NCBI GenBank assembly: GCA_943359325.1
Contig: CALRHD010000004.1
Coordinates: 5,836-69,835, forward strand
Reading direction: 5' to 3'
Source: Candidatus Uhrbacteria bacterium
Lineage (GTDB): Bacteria > Patescibacteriota > Patescibacteriia > UBA9934
DNA length: 64,000 nt
The notes under the pieces were generated by a model. That model worked only from the letters and a program-made list of their open reading frames with translations. It had not been told where the DNA came from and did not search any database. The position numbers and the translations under genes were made by a program. This document shows, one piece after another, positions 51,892 to 60,261 of this stretch (within the stretch, counting starts at the first letter, position 1; each line of letters starts with the position of its first letter).

Positions 51892-52040
51892 ATCAAGAAA
51901 TGGTTAAGACTGATGATAGGGTAGCATGCCCGAGTTGAAAATTCTAATGTTAGCAAAGTCGTTTCCAGCTTACTCACCTTGACTTGCTGGAACTTTGTTA
52001 ATCGTATATAATCTCCCATAGTCATAGTATAAGATTACCT

Positions 52041-53114
52041 ATGAATCTACGAACCAACAATATCCCCGAATCCGTTTGGTCGCTGATTAATCAAATCGAC
52101 CATCTGAAGGGGCGATGGATTGGAGGAGCAAAACTCAACCCGCAGGCGCTTGGGCGCTTGAAGCGGTCGGTTTTGGTGACATCGACCGGCGCGTCAACGC
52201 GTATCGAAGGATCGAAGCTGTCCGACGAAGACGTGGAGAAGTTCATGCGAGGTTTGTCGCTACAAAAATTTACCGATCGCGACAAACAGGAAGTACAAGG
52301 GTATTTTGAGCTGCTAGAAAATGTCTTTACTTCGTGGAAGCACATCCCATTTACAGAAGGCGTTATCAAACAGCTGCATCGAGAGCTGTTACAGTACACA
52401 AAGAAGGACGAACGGCATCGTGGCGAGTATAAAAAGATGGAGAATTCGGTGGAGGTGTTCGACGAATCGGGTAAATCTGTGAGCGTAATTTTTGAGACTA
52501 CTCCCGCCTATCTTACGCCAAAACGGATGGAGGAGCTCGTTGAACGGACAGCGGGCGCGCTATCCGGCAAAGTCGGATCCGGCTCCGCCGGAAAGCGAAA
52601 AGAGGTTCATTCGCTTATCGTCATTGGAAACTTCCTCGTCGAATTTCTCGCGATCCATCCGTTCCAAGATGGCAATGGGCGTCTTTCACGCATCCTCACG
52701 AATTTATTTTTGTTAAAAGCAGGGTACGAATATGTACCGTACGTCTCCCACGAAAAGCTCATCGAGGACAACAAGACGGATTACTACGTCGCGCTCCGCA
52801 AGAGTCAGTCATCGCTAAGAACCGAGCGCGAGAATGTCACGCCTTGGTTGGAATTCTTCCTAACCGTTTCGCTTGAACAGGCGCGACAGGCTATTGAGTT
52901 ACTTTCGCATGAGAATATTGAAAAGATTCTCTCACCAAAACAGCTTGCGGTGTGGCGGTATCTTGAAACAGTCGACGAAGCAACGGCGGGAGATGTCGCC
53001 AAGGCAGCTGGCGTTGCCCGCCCGACTGTCTCGCAGGCAATTGACGTATTGTTGCGATTGAAGAAGATCGAACGTATTGGGCAGGGACGAACGACGAGAT
53101 ATCGGAAAATTTAG
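52041..53114 (+). CDS. Fic-family protein (Fic/DOC AMPylation fold) with C-terminal winged-HTH
   Basis: Fic motif HPFQDGNGRLSR present. 357 aa. Confidence 0.85.
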   Translation: MNLRTNNIPESVWSLINQIDHLKGRWIGGAKLNPQALGRLKRSVLVTSTGASTRIEGSKLSDEDVEKFMRGLSLQKFTDRDKQEVQGYFELLENVFTSWKHIPFTEGVIKQLHRELLQYTKKDERHRGEYKKMENSVEVFDESGKSVSVIFETTPAYLTPKRMEELVERTAGALSGKVGSGSAGKRKEVHSLIVIGNFLVEFLAIHPFQDGNGRLSRILTNLFLLKAGYEYVPYVSHEKLIEDNKTDYYVALRKSQSSLRTERENVTPWLEFFLTVSLEQARQAIELLSHENIEKILSPKQLAVWRYLETVDEATAGDVAKAAGVARPTVSQAIDVLLRLKKIERIGQGRTTRYRKI

Positions 53115-53216
53115 AAAGCAAAATGACTCCAATATGGAGTCATTTTGTTATGGGACACATCCCTATTGGTCGCCTCGCTTATATGAGTAAGCGCATTGCA
53201 CGATAAGAAATTGTCC

Positions 53217-53306
53217 TGGCGGAGAGGGTGGGATTCGAACCCACGTTACCCTTTCGAGTAAACCACATTTCGAGTGTGGCGCGTTCGACCACTCTGCCAC
53301 CTCTCC
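53217..53306 (-). tRNA. tRNA-Ser (anticodon CGA), long variable arm
   Basis: GGAGAGG acceptor, D-arm GCAGAGTGGTCGAACGC, anticodon stem CCACA/TGTGG with loop CTCGAAA, variable arm TTTACTCGAAAGGGTAACG, T-arm GTGGG-TTCGAAT-CCCAC, discriminator G, CCA encoded. Confidence 0.85.
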
Positions 53307-53316
53307 GTATTTATTC

Positions 53317-53586
53317 TCATTTTTCTGTTCGGTTGCCATGAGCGATCGTATCCCTATATTGCTGGTTAAGCAATCTTCTCCCCTCCGTTGTTTTGAGAAA
53401 TTGCTCCCTTCTTATTGCGTCACTTTCACATTGATAGGCTTCGTAGCCTACGAGAACGGTGGGTCGATATGGTTTCGTTGATTGCACGAGTCCTCTGGAA
53501 TGTTCGTCGAGGCGACGTCGTAAATCTCTTGTCATTCCCTTGTAAAGATCCCCATTTTTCAGTTTGAGAATGTAGACGTACCACAT
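53317..53586 (-). CDS. GIY-YIG-domain nuclease family protein
   Basis: MWYVYILKLKNGDLYKGMTRDLRRRLDEHSRG carries the GIY...YIG/R/E signature. 89 aa. Confidence 0.75.
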   Translation of the reverse strand: MWYVYILKLKNGDLYKGMTRDLRRRLDEHSRGLVQSTKPYRPTVLVGYEAYQCESDAIRREQFLKTTEGRRLLNQQYRDTIAHGNRTEK

Positions 53587-53638
53587 ATAAGAAAGATTCG
53601 TCCGGTCATTCGACCGGACGCCCCGTCGGATGACGGGG

Positions 53639-53729
53639 CGAACCCACGTTACCCTTTCGAGTAAACCACATTTCGAGTGTGGCGCGTTCGACCCCTGCCT
53701 GCCGGCAGGCAGGACTCTGCCACCTCTCC
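53639..53729 (-). pseudogene. disrupted second copy of tRNA-Ser(CGA): 5-prime two-thirds identical to the intact gene, a 20-nt perfect palindrome (CCTGCCTGCCGGCAGGCAGG, 53694-53713) inserted in the D-loop, and 3-prime end truncated within the T-loop
   Basis: Identity to 53233-53290 read directly. Divergence begins after GTGGGTTCG. No acceptor 3-prime strand or CCA. Confidence 0.7.
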
Positions 53730-53802
53730 GGGTTTGCTTGTTGGTCGTTCCAACTTTTGAAGCAGTGAAATGGTAACAAAATCAACAGGAAATGCAAATG
53801 TA

Positions 53803-54066
53803 TCATTCGTATATTTCATGATCACCAACGGCAATGAGGGTTATGCGTCTTGGTTTTCCCTTTGGATAAAAAAAGATCATACGAATTTTATAGTTTACTG
53901 AGGCGCTGTAGGCATCGCGAAGCTTTCCTTGTAGTTTATGGACTCCAATGGATTTGTGGTTGGTTTCGTCCTTGAGCTTGTCGACAGCGATAAAGATCTC
54001 GTTTTGTAGGATTTTTGGCAGCGCACGAAGTTGTCGAAGAAAGCGACGTTCGTATTCAATCTGCAT
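53803..54066 (-). CDS. RelE/ParE-family type II toxin
   Basis: 87 aa (MQIEYERRFLRQLRALPKILQNEIFIAVDKL...ITLIAVGDHEIYE), typical RelE/StbE fold pattern. Overlaps the upstream antitoxin gene by 11 nt. Confidence 0.75.
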   Translation of the reverse strand: MQIEYERRFLRQLRALPKILQNEIFIAVDKLKDETNHKSIGVHKLQGKLRDAYSASVNYKIRMIFFYPKGKPRRITLIAVGDHEIYE

Positions 54067-54292
54067 ACTCTTTTGCCATTCGTTTCACGATAGTGCGGAG
54101 ATCGCCCCTCACTACGTCACCTTCGCTGGCATTCCGCATAGATCGGAGGAGTTCTTCGGTTTCCTGTTCTTCCGAGTACCACGATAAGGCCTGCCGAACT
54201 ACCTCAGCTTTTGTTGATGCGCGACCACGTTTGACCATGGTGTTGATAAAACTCTCTAGTCGTGCGGGAAGGGGAACAGAAAGTGTTGCCAT
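54056..54292 (-). CDS. ribbon-helix-helix (CopG/ParD-like) antitoxin
   Basis: 78 aa. N-terminal RHH (MATLSVPLPARLESFINTMVKRGRASTKAEVVRQALSWY). Confidence 0.7.
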   Translation of the reverse strand: MATLSVPLPARLESFINTMVKRGRASTKAEVVRQALSWYSEEQETEELLRSMRNASEGDVVRGDLRTIVKRMAKEYAD

Positions 54293-54415
54293 ATGAGATT
54301 ATAATATGATGATCTCTTTTGTTCGTCAATCGAAGTGATATAGGGGCGAATGTAAAAAACAAAAAGTCCATCGTAAGGAGCCGATAGCGACTCGCGATGG
54401 ACAGTGGAGTGATCA

Positions 54416-54697
54416 TTATCGACGGAGCGTGGTAATGCGACGAGACTCGATGACGTTGACGCGGACATGGATCTGCATGGGGTTTGGGTCATCGGGCTCT
54501 TGTGTGAGCGAGAAGTGTGCTGAACGGACTGTTTGCGTGAAAACGACTTGTGGTTGGTCGAGAAACCGCACGCCTGTCGGCAAGTGAACACCGTGCATGA
54601 TGTTTAGTTGTGTTCGTGCTGACTCTTTTGTTTCAGCGCGGTTGAGAATGTTGCGAACCGCGGTTTCTACTGCTTCACGTTCATACGGTATGGCCAT
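54416..54697 (-). CDS. hypothetical protein (93 aa)
   Basis: ATG with GAGGAG SD 6 nt upstream. No recognisable domain. Confidence 0.5.
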   Translation of the reverse strand: MAIPYEREAVETAVRNILNRAETKESARTQLNIMHGVHLPTGVRFLDQPQVVFTQTVRSAHFSLTQEPDDPNPMQIHVRVNVIESRRITTLRR

Positions 54698-54716
54698 GAT
54701 TTACTCCTCGGTTGAG

Positions 54717-54743
54717 TAGCCAAAACTTACGGGTTATTGGCTA
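54717..54743. promoter_or_regulatory. third occurrence of the TAGCCAA...TTGGCTA inverted-repeat motif (13-nt spacer), in the divergent region between the 93-aa gene and the DnaA-C-like gene
   Basis: Read directly: TAGCCAAAActtacgggttaTTGGCTAAAAA. Confidence 0.4.
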
Positions 54744-54784
54744 AAAAAGCAAGTTTCTGCTACCGTCCCTGCACCTCTGGAGGA

Positions 54785-55111
54785 ATGATGACGTTGGAAG
54801 GGAAAGCTCGTGTGGTTATTGTATTGGTTTCAGAATGTTATGACGTGCCCGTGGAAGATATCTTAAGCATTCAGAAGACGGCGCGAGTTTTTCGGCCGCG
54901 GCACGTTGCGATGTACTTGTGTCGGAATGACGTGCTCATGTCGTTTCCCGCCATCGGGAGGCTCTTTGTTCGAGACAACTCGACCGTGCAGAATGGATGT
55001 GGGCAGATACGGCGGGCTTTGAAGAAGGAGCCGAAACTCGTGGGGGTCATTGCCGCGTTGCGCAGTCGATATGCCGAATGCATGCAGGAAGGGGCACTGG
55101 CTGTCGCATAA
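54785..55111 (+). CDS. stand-alone DnaA domain-IV-like (DnaA C-terminal HTH) protein
   Basis: 108 aa. VPVEDILSIQKTARVFRPRHVAMYLCRNDVLMSFPAIGRLFVRDNSTVQNGCGQIRRAL aligns with the DnaA DNA-binding domain IV signature (RQ.AMYL...S...IG..FG.RDH.TV). ATG-ATG with TGGAGG SD. The ORF-track TTG start at 54737 lies inside the palindromic motif. Confidence 0.7.
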   Translation: MMTLEGKARVVIVLVSECYDVPVEDILSIQKTARVFRPRHVAMYLCRNDVLMSFPAIGRLFVRDNSTVQNGCGQIRRALKKEPKLVGVIAALRSRYAECMQEGALAVA

Positions 55112-55165
55112 CCCTCGAAAGAAGTATCATCGGCGCACAGCTCCTTGTGCGCCGAAAATGTTTTT

Positions 55166-55744
55166 ATGATGACTGCAAAATTTATCACAAGCGCAACGAA
55201 CGGAGCCGGTTTGCCTGTTTCGGATAAGCCACAGATTGCACTTGTGGGGCGGTCGAATGTGGGGAAGTCGTCACTCATTAATCATCTCACTCAACAAAAA
55301 AGCCTCGCCCGTGTCAGTTCGGCTCCCGGAAGAACACAAACGATGAATGTGTACGAAATCGACAGGCGCTATTTTCTTGTCGACCTTCCCGGCTATGGCT
55401 ATGCGAAAACGTCGAAAGAAAAACGCGCAGGTTTCGCAGAAATGATTGAGCGATATCTCACGGACACGCCGCAACTGGCACTTGTGCTTGTGGTGATTGA
55501 CGCTTTCGTTGGGCCGACGGATTTAGATCACGATATGCTCGAGCTCCTTCATTCGCTTGGAAGGCCTGTGATTATTGTTGTGAATAAAATTGATAAACTT
55601 TCAAAAAGTGAATCTGTCTTACTCATGCAGAAACTTTCTGCTGAATATGTGGATGCAAAATTTATTCCGCATTCCGTCGAAACAGACAAGCATCGTGGAG
55701 AAATTTTAGAGTCGATTGATGTTGCTATTCGTGCAGCGCGATAG
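55166..55744 (+). CDS. engB: ribosome-biogenesis GTPase YihA/YsxC (EngB)
   Basis: G1 motif GRSNVGKSS, G3 DLPGYG, G4 NKID. 3-prime end overlaps the convergent ligase gene by about 20 nt. Confidence 0.85.
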   Translation: MMTAKFITSATNGAGLPVSDKPQIALVGRSNVGKSSLINHLTQQKSLARVSSAPGRTQTMNVYEIDRRYFLVDLPGYGYAKTSKEKRAGFAEMIERYLTDTPQLALVLVVIDAFVGPTDLDHDMLELLHSLGRPVIIVVNKIDKLSKSESVLLMQKLSAEYVDAKFIPHSVETDKHRGEILESIDVAIRAAR

Positions 55745-56987
55745 CGTCGTCGCTACGGGAACGAATGATGAGGAGCGCAAGAAGCCCGGCGGTGAAGATT
55801 GCGAGGTCGTTTTTGAAAAATGGTACGTCGACAAGGCCGTGGATGAGCATGGTGAGGAACGCGGCGCAGACAGCGAGTACGACAGAGTCTTCACGGTGCC
55901 TCCAGACTGTTTTTGCAACCTGCATTGTGAGAAGAATGGTGGCTAAAACGCCGAGAAGCCCGAGTTCAACCCAAATGTTGAGGAGAACGCTGTGCGGGTA
56001 CTGAAAAATTTCGAAATACGTTGCATCGTGGTAGGGCGCAATCGCGGCGGGGAAGCCGGAAAGCCCAGCGCCAAGGAGCCAATGGTCGTTGAGATATGTG
56101 GCGGTTTCGTGCCATATTGCAATGCGGGCATGGCCGGAAACGTCGGCAAGGAGCAGTTTTTCGCGTACGGTCGATGAGAGCCCAAATGCGGCAGTGCTAA
56201 ATACGATGGCAAGAAGAATAACGAGTATTTTTGTTCGTCGCGGTGTATGAGAAATGCAGAGAGTGATGAGCAGCGCAGCAGGAATCGCAACGAGAGCCGC
56301 TTCGGTTTTTGAAAGTATGATTGCGGTGAGCATGAGTGTAAGAGAGGAAAGAGGAAAGAGGAAAGAGGAAAGTTTCTGGTTGTGCTTTGTCCACAAAAAT
56401 ACGACGAGCATGGCGACGATCGGCGCAAGAAAGAGCCCTACCGCATTCGGAAAGTCGAAGATGGATGTGATGCGACCTTCGACGTCCCATGGTGCAGGAA
56501 TGCCGAGTTTGGTGATGTATTGCAAAATACCAAGCACCGCGACGAGAACACCGCTTGTCGCGAGCGGCCAAATGTAATTTTGTTGTACCTGTCGCTTCGT
56601 GTCATTTGTAAGTGCTCCGTAACAAAGAAGAAGCACGAGCAGTGGTTCGACATAATAGGCTTTGAGAATGCCGAGGGCTGCGAAAATGTCGGGGGCATGG
56701 GCTGCGGAAAAACATGCAGCAGCAAACATGAGTAACATTGGTACGCGCCATGGTTTCAACATTCGCCAGCTGACAGGGTAAATAGTAGGTTGGCGCACGA
56801 GTTTTATTGCGACGAGAGTCAAGATGAAAATTTCGAGCGCGGTTGTAGGGACGGGGCCAATGGAGAAGCGCAAAAGATATGTGGGAAGCAGACCAAAGAG
56901 CAGTGTGAGCGCAAAGCGAAAGTCTCGCCACGCAACGACTGCGAACGTCACGAATATGATGACGAGAAGGAGCATGTACATCGTCAT
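55725..56987 (-). CDS. O-antigen ligase/polymerase-like (Wzy_C family) polytopic membrane protein
   Basis: About 10 TM helices with a large periplasmic loop. The start MTMYMLLLV overlaps the wzx stop in an ATGA arrangement. Confidence 0.65.
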   Translation of the reverse strand: MTMYMLLLVIIFVTFAVVAWRDFRFALTLLFGLLPTYLLRFSIGPVPTTALEIFILTLVAIKLVRQPTIYPVSWRMLKPWRVPMLLMFAAACFSAAHAPDIFAALGILKAYYVEPLLVLLLCYGALTNDTKRQVQQNYIWPLATSGVLVAVLGILQYITKLGIPAPWDVEGRITSIFDFPNAVGLFLAPIVAMLVVFLWTKHNQKLSSFLFPLSSLTLMLTAIILSKTEAALVAIPAALLITLCISHTPRRTKILVILLAIVFSTAAFGLSSTVREKLLLADVSGHARIAIWHETATYLNDHWLLGAGLSGFPAAIAPYHDATYFEIFQYPHSVLLNIWVELGLLGVLATILLTMQVAKTVWRHREDSVVLAVCAAFLTMLIHGLVDVPFFKNDLAIFTAGLLALLIIRSRSDDAIALHE

Positions 56988-58411
56988 AATCGTGATGGCA
57001 TCGCGAGCAGCATGAGTTTTTTGGGGCTTGGGCCGCCGCATGCCCAGAGAGTGAGGAGGTATATGGTGATGCCGAGGACGACGGAAATGACGACGCTTGA
57101 GAATGTGATAAAGACGATTGCTACAAACATGACGACGCTCGCAAGTGTTGCGCGCAAAAACATTGCGAAGTTGAGCTGTGTATTACTAACGCGTAGCACC
57201 ACAACAGCGGTGATGAGTGTGATAAGCATTTCTGAAAATAGCGTTACCCATGCCGCAGCAAGAATACCCGACATGGGGATGAAGACGACATATCCTATCG
57301 TCGAAAGGACGGCGACGACGAAATAGCCCCACAGCATTGGCCGTTGTTTTTGTACGGCGACAATCGCGTGGCCAAACAGGCTACCGAAGAATACGACCGA
57401 CGTTGCCGTGCCGAGAATGGCCATAATCGTCCCTGCGGCAGCAAGTTCGGGTTTGATGAGCGAGAGCACGCGACCGCCTTCTACGATAGCGCCAAATGCA
57501 AATGGAATCGCGAGTAAGGAAAATGCATCAAACCCCTGTTGCAAATGATTTTTGAATGAGGATGCGTCATTTTTCGCCCATGCGTGAGCCAAAAGTGGCA
57601 GTAAAAGTCCCATGAACATTATGGGTACTGTTGTCATAACGTCAACAACCTTGTACGACGCGCCGTACAGGCCGATTGCGGCATCGGGAACATGAAAGAT
57701 CGACATAAAGAAAATGTCTCCCTTCAAATATATGAGGTTGAATGCGATAGAAACGCCAATGGGCCAGCTCTTTCCAATGATACGTTGCCACACCGACCAT
57801 GAAATTTGCGGACGAATGGTGACGTGGCGACGCACGAACAGAAGTGTGATGACGAGTTGTACGAATGCGCCAACGGCAAAAATGCTTGCGGCAAGAATAA
57901 TTGACGGCGCAACGATCGTGACGAGCACGGCAAGAAGCGTCACGGCGCCGCGGTTGAGGTTTTCGGCGAGAACGGCACGGCCAAGGGCGAGGCGTTTTTG
58001 GAATACGCCAATGCACATCGTTGCAACGCTTCCGAAAAAGAAAGAAAGGCAGGTGATTGCAGCTGCGATTTTTACGTCATTTTGATAAGGAAGTGCAAAA
58101 GCGATCGCGGCGCCTGTCGAGAGAAACGTGAATGCAGAAATAGCGCGAAGCGTGAGGAGATTGCCAAGAAGTTTTTCTTCGTCTGCTCCGGGTTCCGAAA
58201 TCATCTGTGTTGTTGTCAGCGTGAGTCCAAAGTCGACAAGAACGGCAAAAATTGCTGCGAAATTGAGCGCAATCGTGAGTGCGCCAAACCGCTCGATGTC
58301 GAGGTGGTTCACGAGAATTGCGAATGTCGCGAGGCTCAATGCCGTCCCTATACCTTTGCCCATGATTTGTATTGCCGTATTTTGGGCAAGTTTTTGTGTG
58401 ATGTGGGACAT
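56984..58411 (-). CDS. polysaccharide biosynthesis flippase (MOP/Wzx family)
   Basis: 475 aa, about 12 TM helices. N-terminal MSHITQKLAQNTAIQIMGKGIGTALSLATFAILVN is typical of Wzx-like proteins. Confidence 0.75.
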   Translation of the reverse strand: MSHITQKLAQNTAIQIMGKGIGTALSLATFAILVNHLDIERFGALTIALNFAAIFAVLVDFGLTLTTTQMISEPGADEEKLLGNLLTLRAISAFTFLSTGAAIAFALPYQNDVKIAAAITCLSFFFGSVATMCIGVFQKRLALGRAVLAENLNRGAVTLLAVLVTIVAPSIILAASIFAVGAFVQLVITLLFVRRHVTIRPQISWSVWQRIIGKSWPIGVSIAFNLIYLKGDIFFMSIFHVPDAAIGLYGASYKVVDVMTTVPIMFMGLLLPLLAHAWAKNDASSFKNHLQQGFDAFSLLAIPFAFGAIVEGGRVLSLIKPELAAAGTIMAILGTATSVVFFGSLFGHAIVAVQKQRPMLWGYFVVAVLSTIGYVVFIPMSGILAAAWVTLFSEMLITLITAVVVLRVSNTQLNFAMFLRATLASVVMFVAIVFITFSSVVISVVLGITIYLLTLWACGGPSPKKLMLLAMPSRL

Positions 58412-58449
58412 AAGAAGATTGTAGCGAGTATGCTATACTCTATCCATCT

Positions 58450-60258
58450 ATGCAATTTCGCCTTTTGCGACACGTTGCCCTGTGTTTTGTACTGCTTTTT
58501 GGCGTGCTCTTTGGTGCTTCTCGTGTCGACGCTGCGTCGCAATTGGCCGCATTGCGCGTCACTACAACAGGGAGTGGTGTACTTGTTCTGCAACCAGGAG
58601 AAGTAAAAGAGGTGACTGTGTCGTTTCAGAATATTGGGACGTCGACATGGAAAAATGATGGTGTGGGCTATATTTCTGTTTACACATACGGCCCGAAGTA
58701 TCGAAAGAGCAGTTTTGACCCCGGAACATGGCTTTCGCCGACACAGGTGAAGCGCATTCGCGAAGTGAGTGTTGTGCCAAGCGCAACGGCAACAATCGCG
58801 TTTCAGCTCCACGCTCCCACAACTGAAGGCACGTACACCGAAACATTTGCATTAGCTTCTGAAGGCATTGCGTGGGTCGACGGCGGTGAATTTTCGTTCG
58901 TGATTAACGTGAAGAAATCTGCCGCGGTAAATCCTGAGCCTGTCGAAGGGGTTGATGATAAAGGACTTTCTGCTGCGCTTGCCATGCAGTCGGCAAAGGC
59001 GATCAAGCTTGTTGCAGGCCGTTCGGCCATGGTGACGGCGGGGTTCACGAACACGGGAACAAAGGCGTGGAATAGTTTTGGCCTACGTACGCCAAGCGTG
59101 AATATGGCAACAACGACATCGGCGATCGAATTCGCACATTCCTCTTGGAGTGGATCGCAGCTCGCCTATAACGACGAAACAACAATTGCTCCAGGAAAAA
59201 CGGCGTATGTGACGTTTTCGATTACTGCACCAAAAATGAACGGAACGCATACTGCGCAATTTCAGTTTGCTGCGAATGACATTGCCATTGATGACGCATT
59301 TGTGGAGCTTCCTATTGAGGTAACGGGCGGTGCGGCGGAAGCAGTTTTTGCAGAAAGAATCGTTGACACGACGCATTTTATCGACGAACCGATTATCCGT
59401 GTTGGCGTCATTACTGTCGATGAAGAAACGCAAAATGAAGTTGTTATTACGTCGACAGAAAGCGATTTCGACCTCCGTGATGTGAACGGCAACCTGCTTG
59501 CCGAACTCACGAAGGGAAGTAGTGTCACGGCGTCCTTTGATGGCAGCAGATATGTGTACGACCGTGGTCGCGGCGCAGAATTTTCGTCGTATGCGCTTCG
59601 ATTTGTGCCAAAGGTCGACTATGCGGTCATGAAGATTGCGAATTTCGACCGCAGAGTGACGCGCGGTTCGGCAAACGCCGACAACACATTTCGTGGCGTG
59701 CTCGAATTCCGCTACAACGACACGCATGAACGAGCGTGGATTATCGATGAGCTGCCCATGGAGTATTACTTGCGCGGTTTAGCGGAGACGTCGAACATTT
59801 CGCACATGGAATTTCAGAAATCGTTGATGACGGCGGCACGGACGTATGCATTTTATCACTGGACGCGTGCAACGAAGCACGCAAAAGAGTTTTATCATGT
59901 CGACGCATATTTTGATCAAGTTTATAAGGGTTACGGGCAAGAAGAGCGCACGCCAAGGGTGACACAGGCCATTCAAGAAACGCGAGGGAAAGTGGTGACG
60001 TATGCGGGCGACATTGCCATTACGCCGTACTTTTCGCGCAGTGATGGCCAAACACGTAATTGGAGCGATGTGTGGGGTGGCGATATTCCATGGGCAATCG
60101 CAGTTGCGGTTCCATGCGACGACGGTAAAGTGTTGTGGGGTCACGGCGTGGGTATGTCGGCGTCGGGCGCACTTTGCATGGCAAATAACGGCATGTTGTG
60201 GGAGGAAATTGTGAAATATTTCTACACCGGCGTTGCAATTGAACAGCGATGGGAGTGA
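58450..60258 (+). CDS. SpoIID/LytB-domain protein with N-terminal Ig-like repeats
   Basis: Signal peptide. C-terminal SpoIID domain (EYYLRGLAETSNISHMEFQKSLMTAARTYAFYHW...YFSRSDGQTRNWSDVWGG). Confidence 0.8.
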   Translation: MQFRLLRHVALCFVLLFGVLFGASRVDAASQLAALRVTTTGSGVLVLQPGEVKEVTVSFQNIGTSTWKNDGVGYISVYTYGPKYRKSSFDPGTWLSPTQVKRIREVSVVPSATATIAFQLHAPTTEGTYTETFALASEGIAWVDGGEFSFVINVKKSAAVNPEPVEGVDDKGLSAALAMQSAKAIKLVAGRSAMVTAGFTNTGTKAWNSFGLRTPSVNMATTTSAIEFAHSSWSGSQLAYNDETTIAPGKTAYVTFSITAPKMNGTHTAQFQFAANDIAIDDAFVELPIEVTGGAAEAVFAERIVDTTHFIDEPIIRVGVITVDEETQNEVVITSTESDFDLRDVNGNLLAELTKGSSVTASFDGSRYVYDRGRGAEFSSYALRFVPKVDYAVMKIANFDRRVTRGSANADNTFRGVLEFRYNDTHERAWIIDELPMEYYLRGLAETSNISHMEFQKSLMTAARTYAFYHWTRATKHAKEFYHVDAYFDQVYKGYGQEERTPRVTQAIQETRGKVVTYAGDIAITPYFSRSDGQTRNWSDVWGGDIPWAIAVAVPCDDGKVLWGHGVGMSASGALCMANNGMLWEEIVKYFYTGVAIEQRWE

Positions 60259-60261
60259 TAT

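Noticed and set aside
54737-54784. TTG start at 54737 given by the ORF track for the DnaA-C-like gene
   Set aside because: The TTG lies inside the TTGGCTA palindrome and lacks an RBS. The tandem ATG-ATG at 54785 has a TGGAGG SD and matches the start of the DnaA domain-IV alignment.
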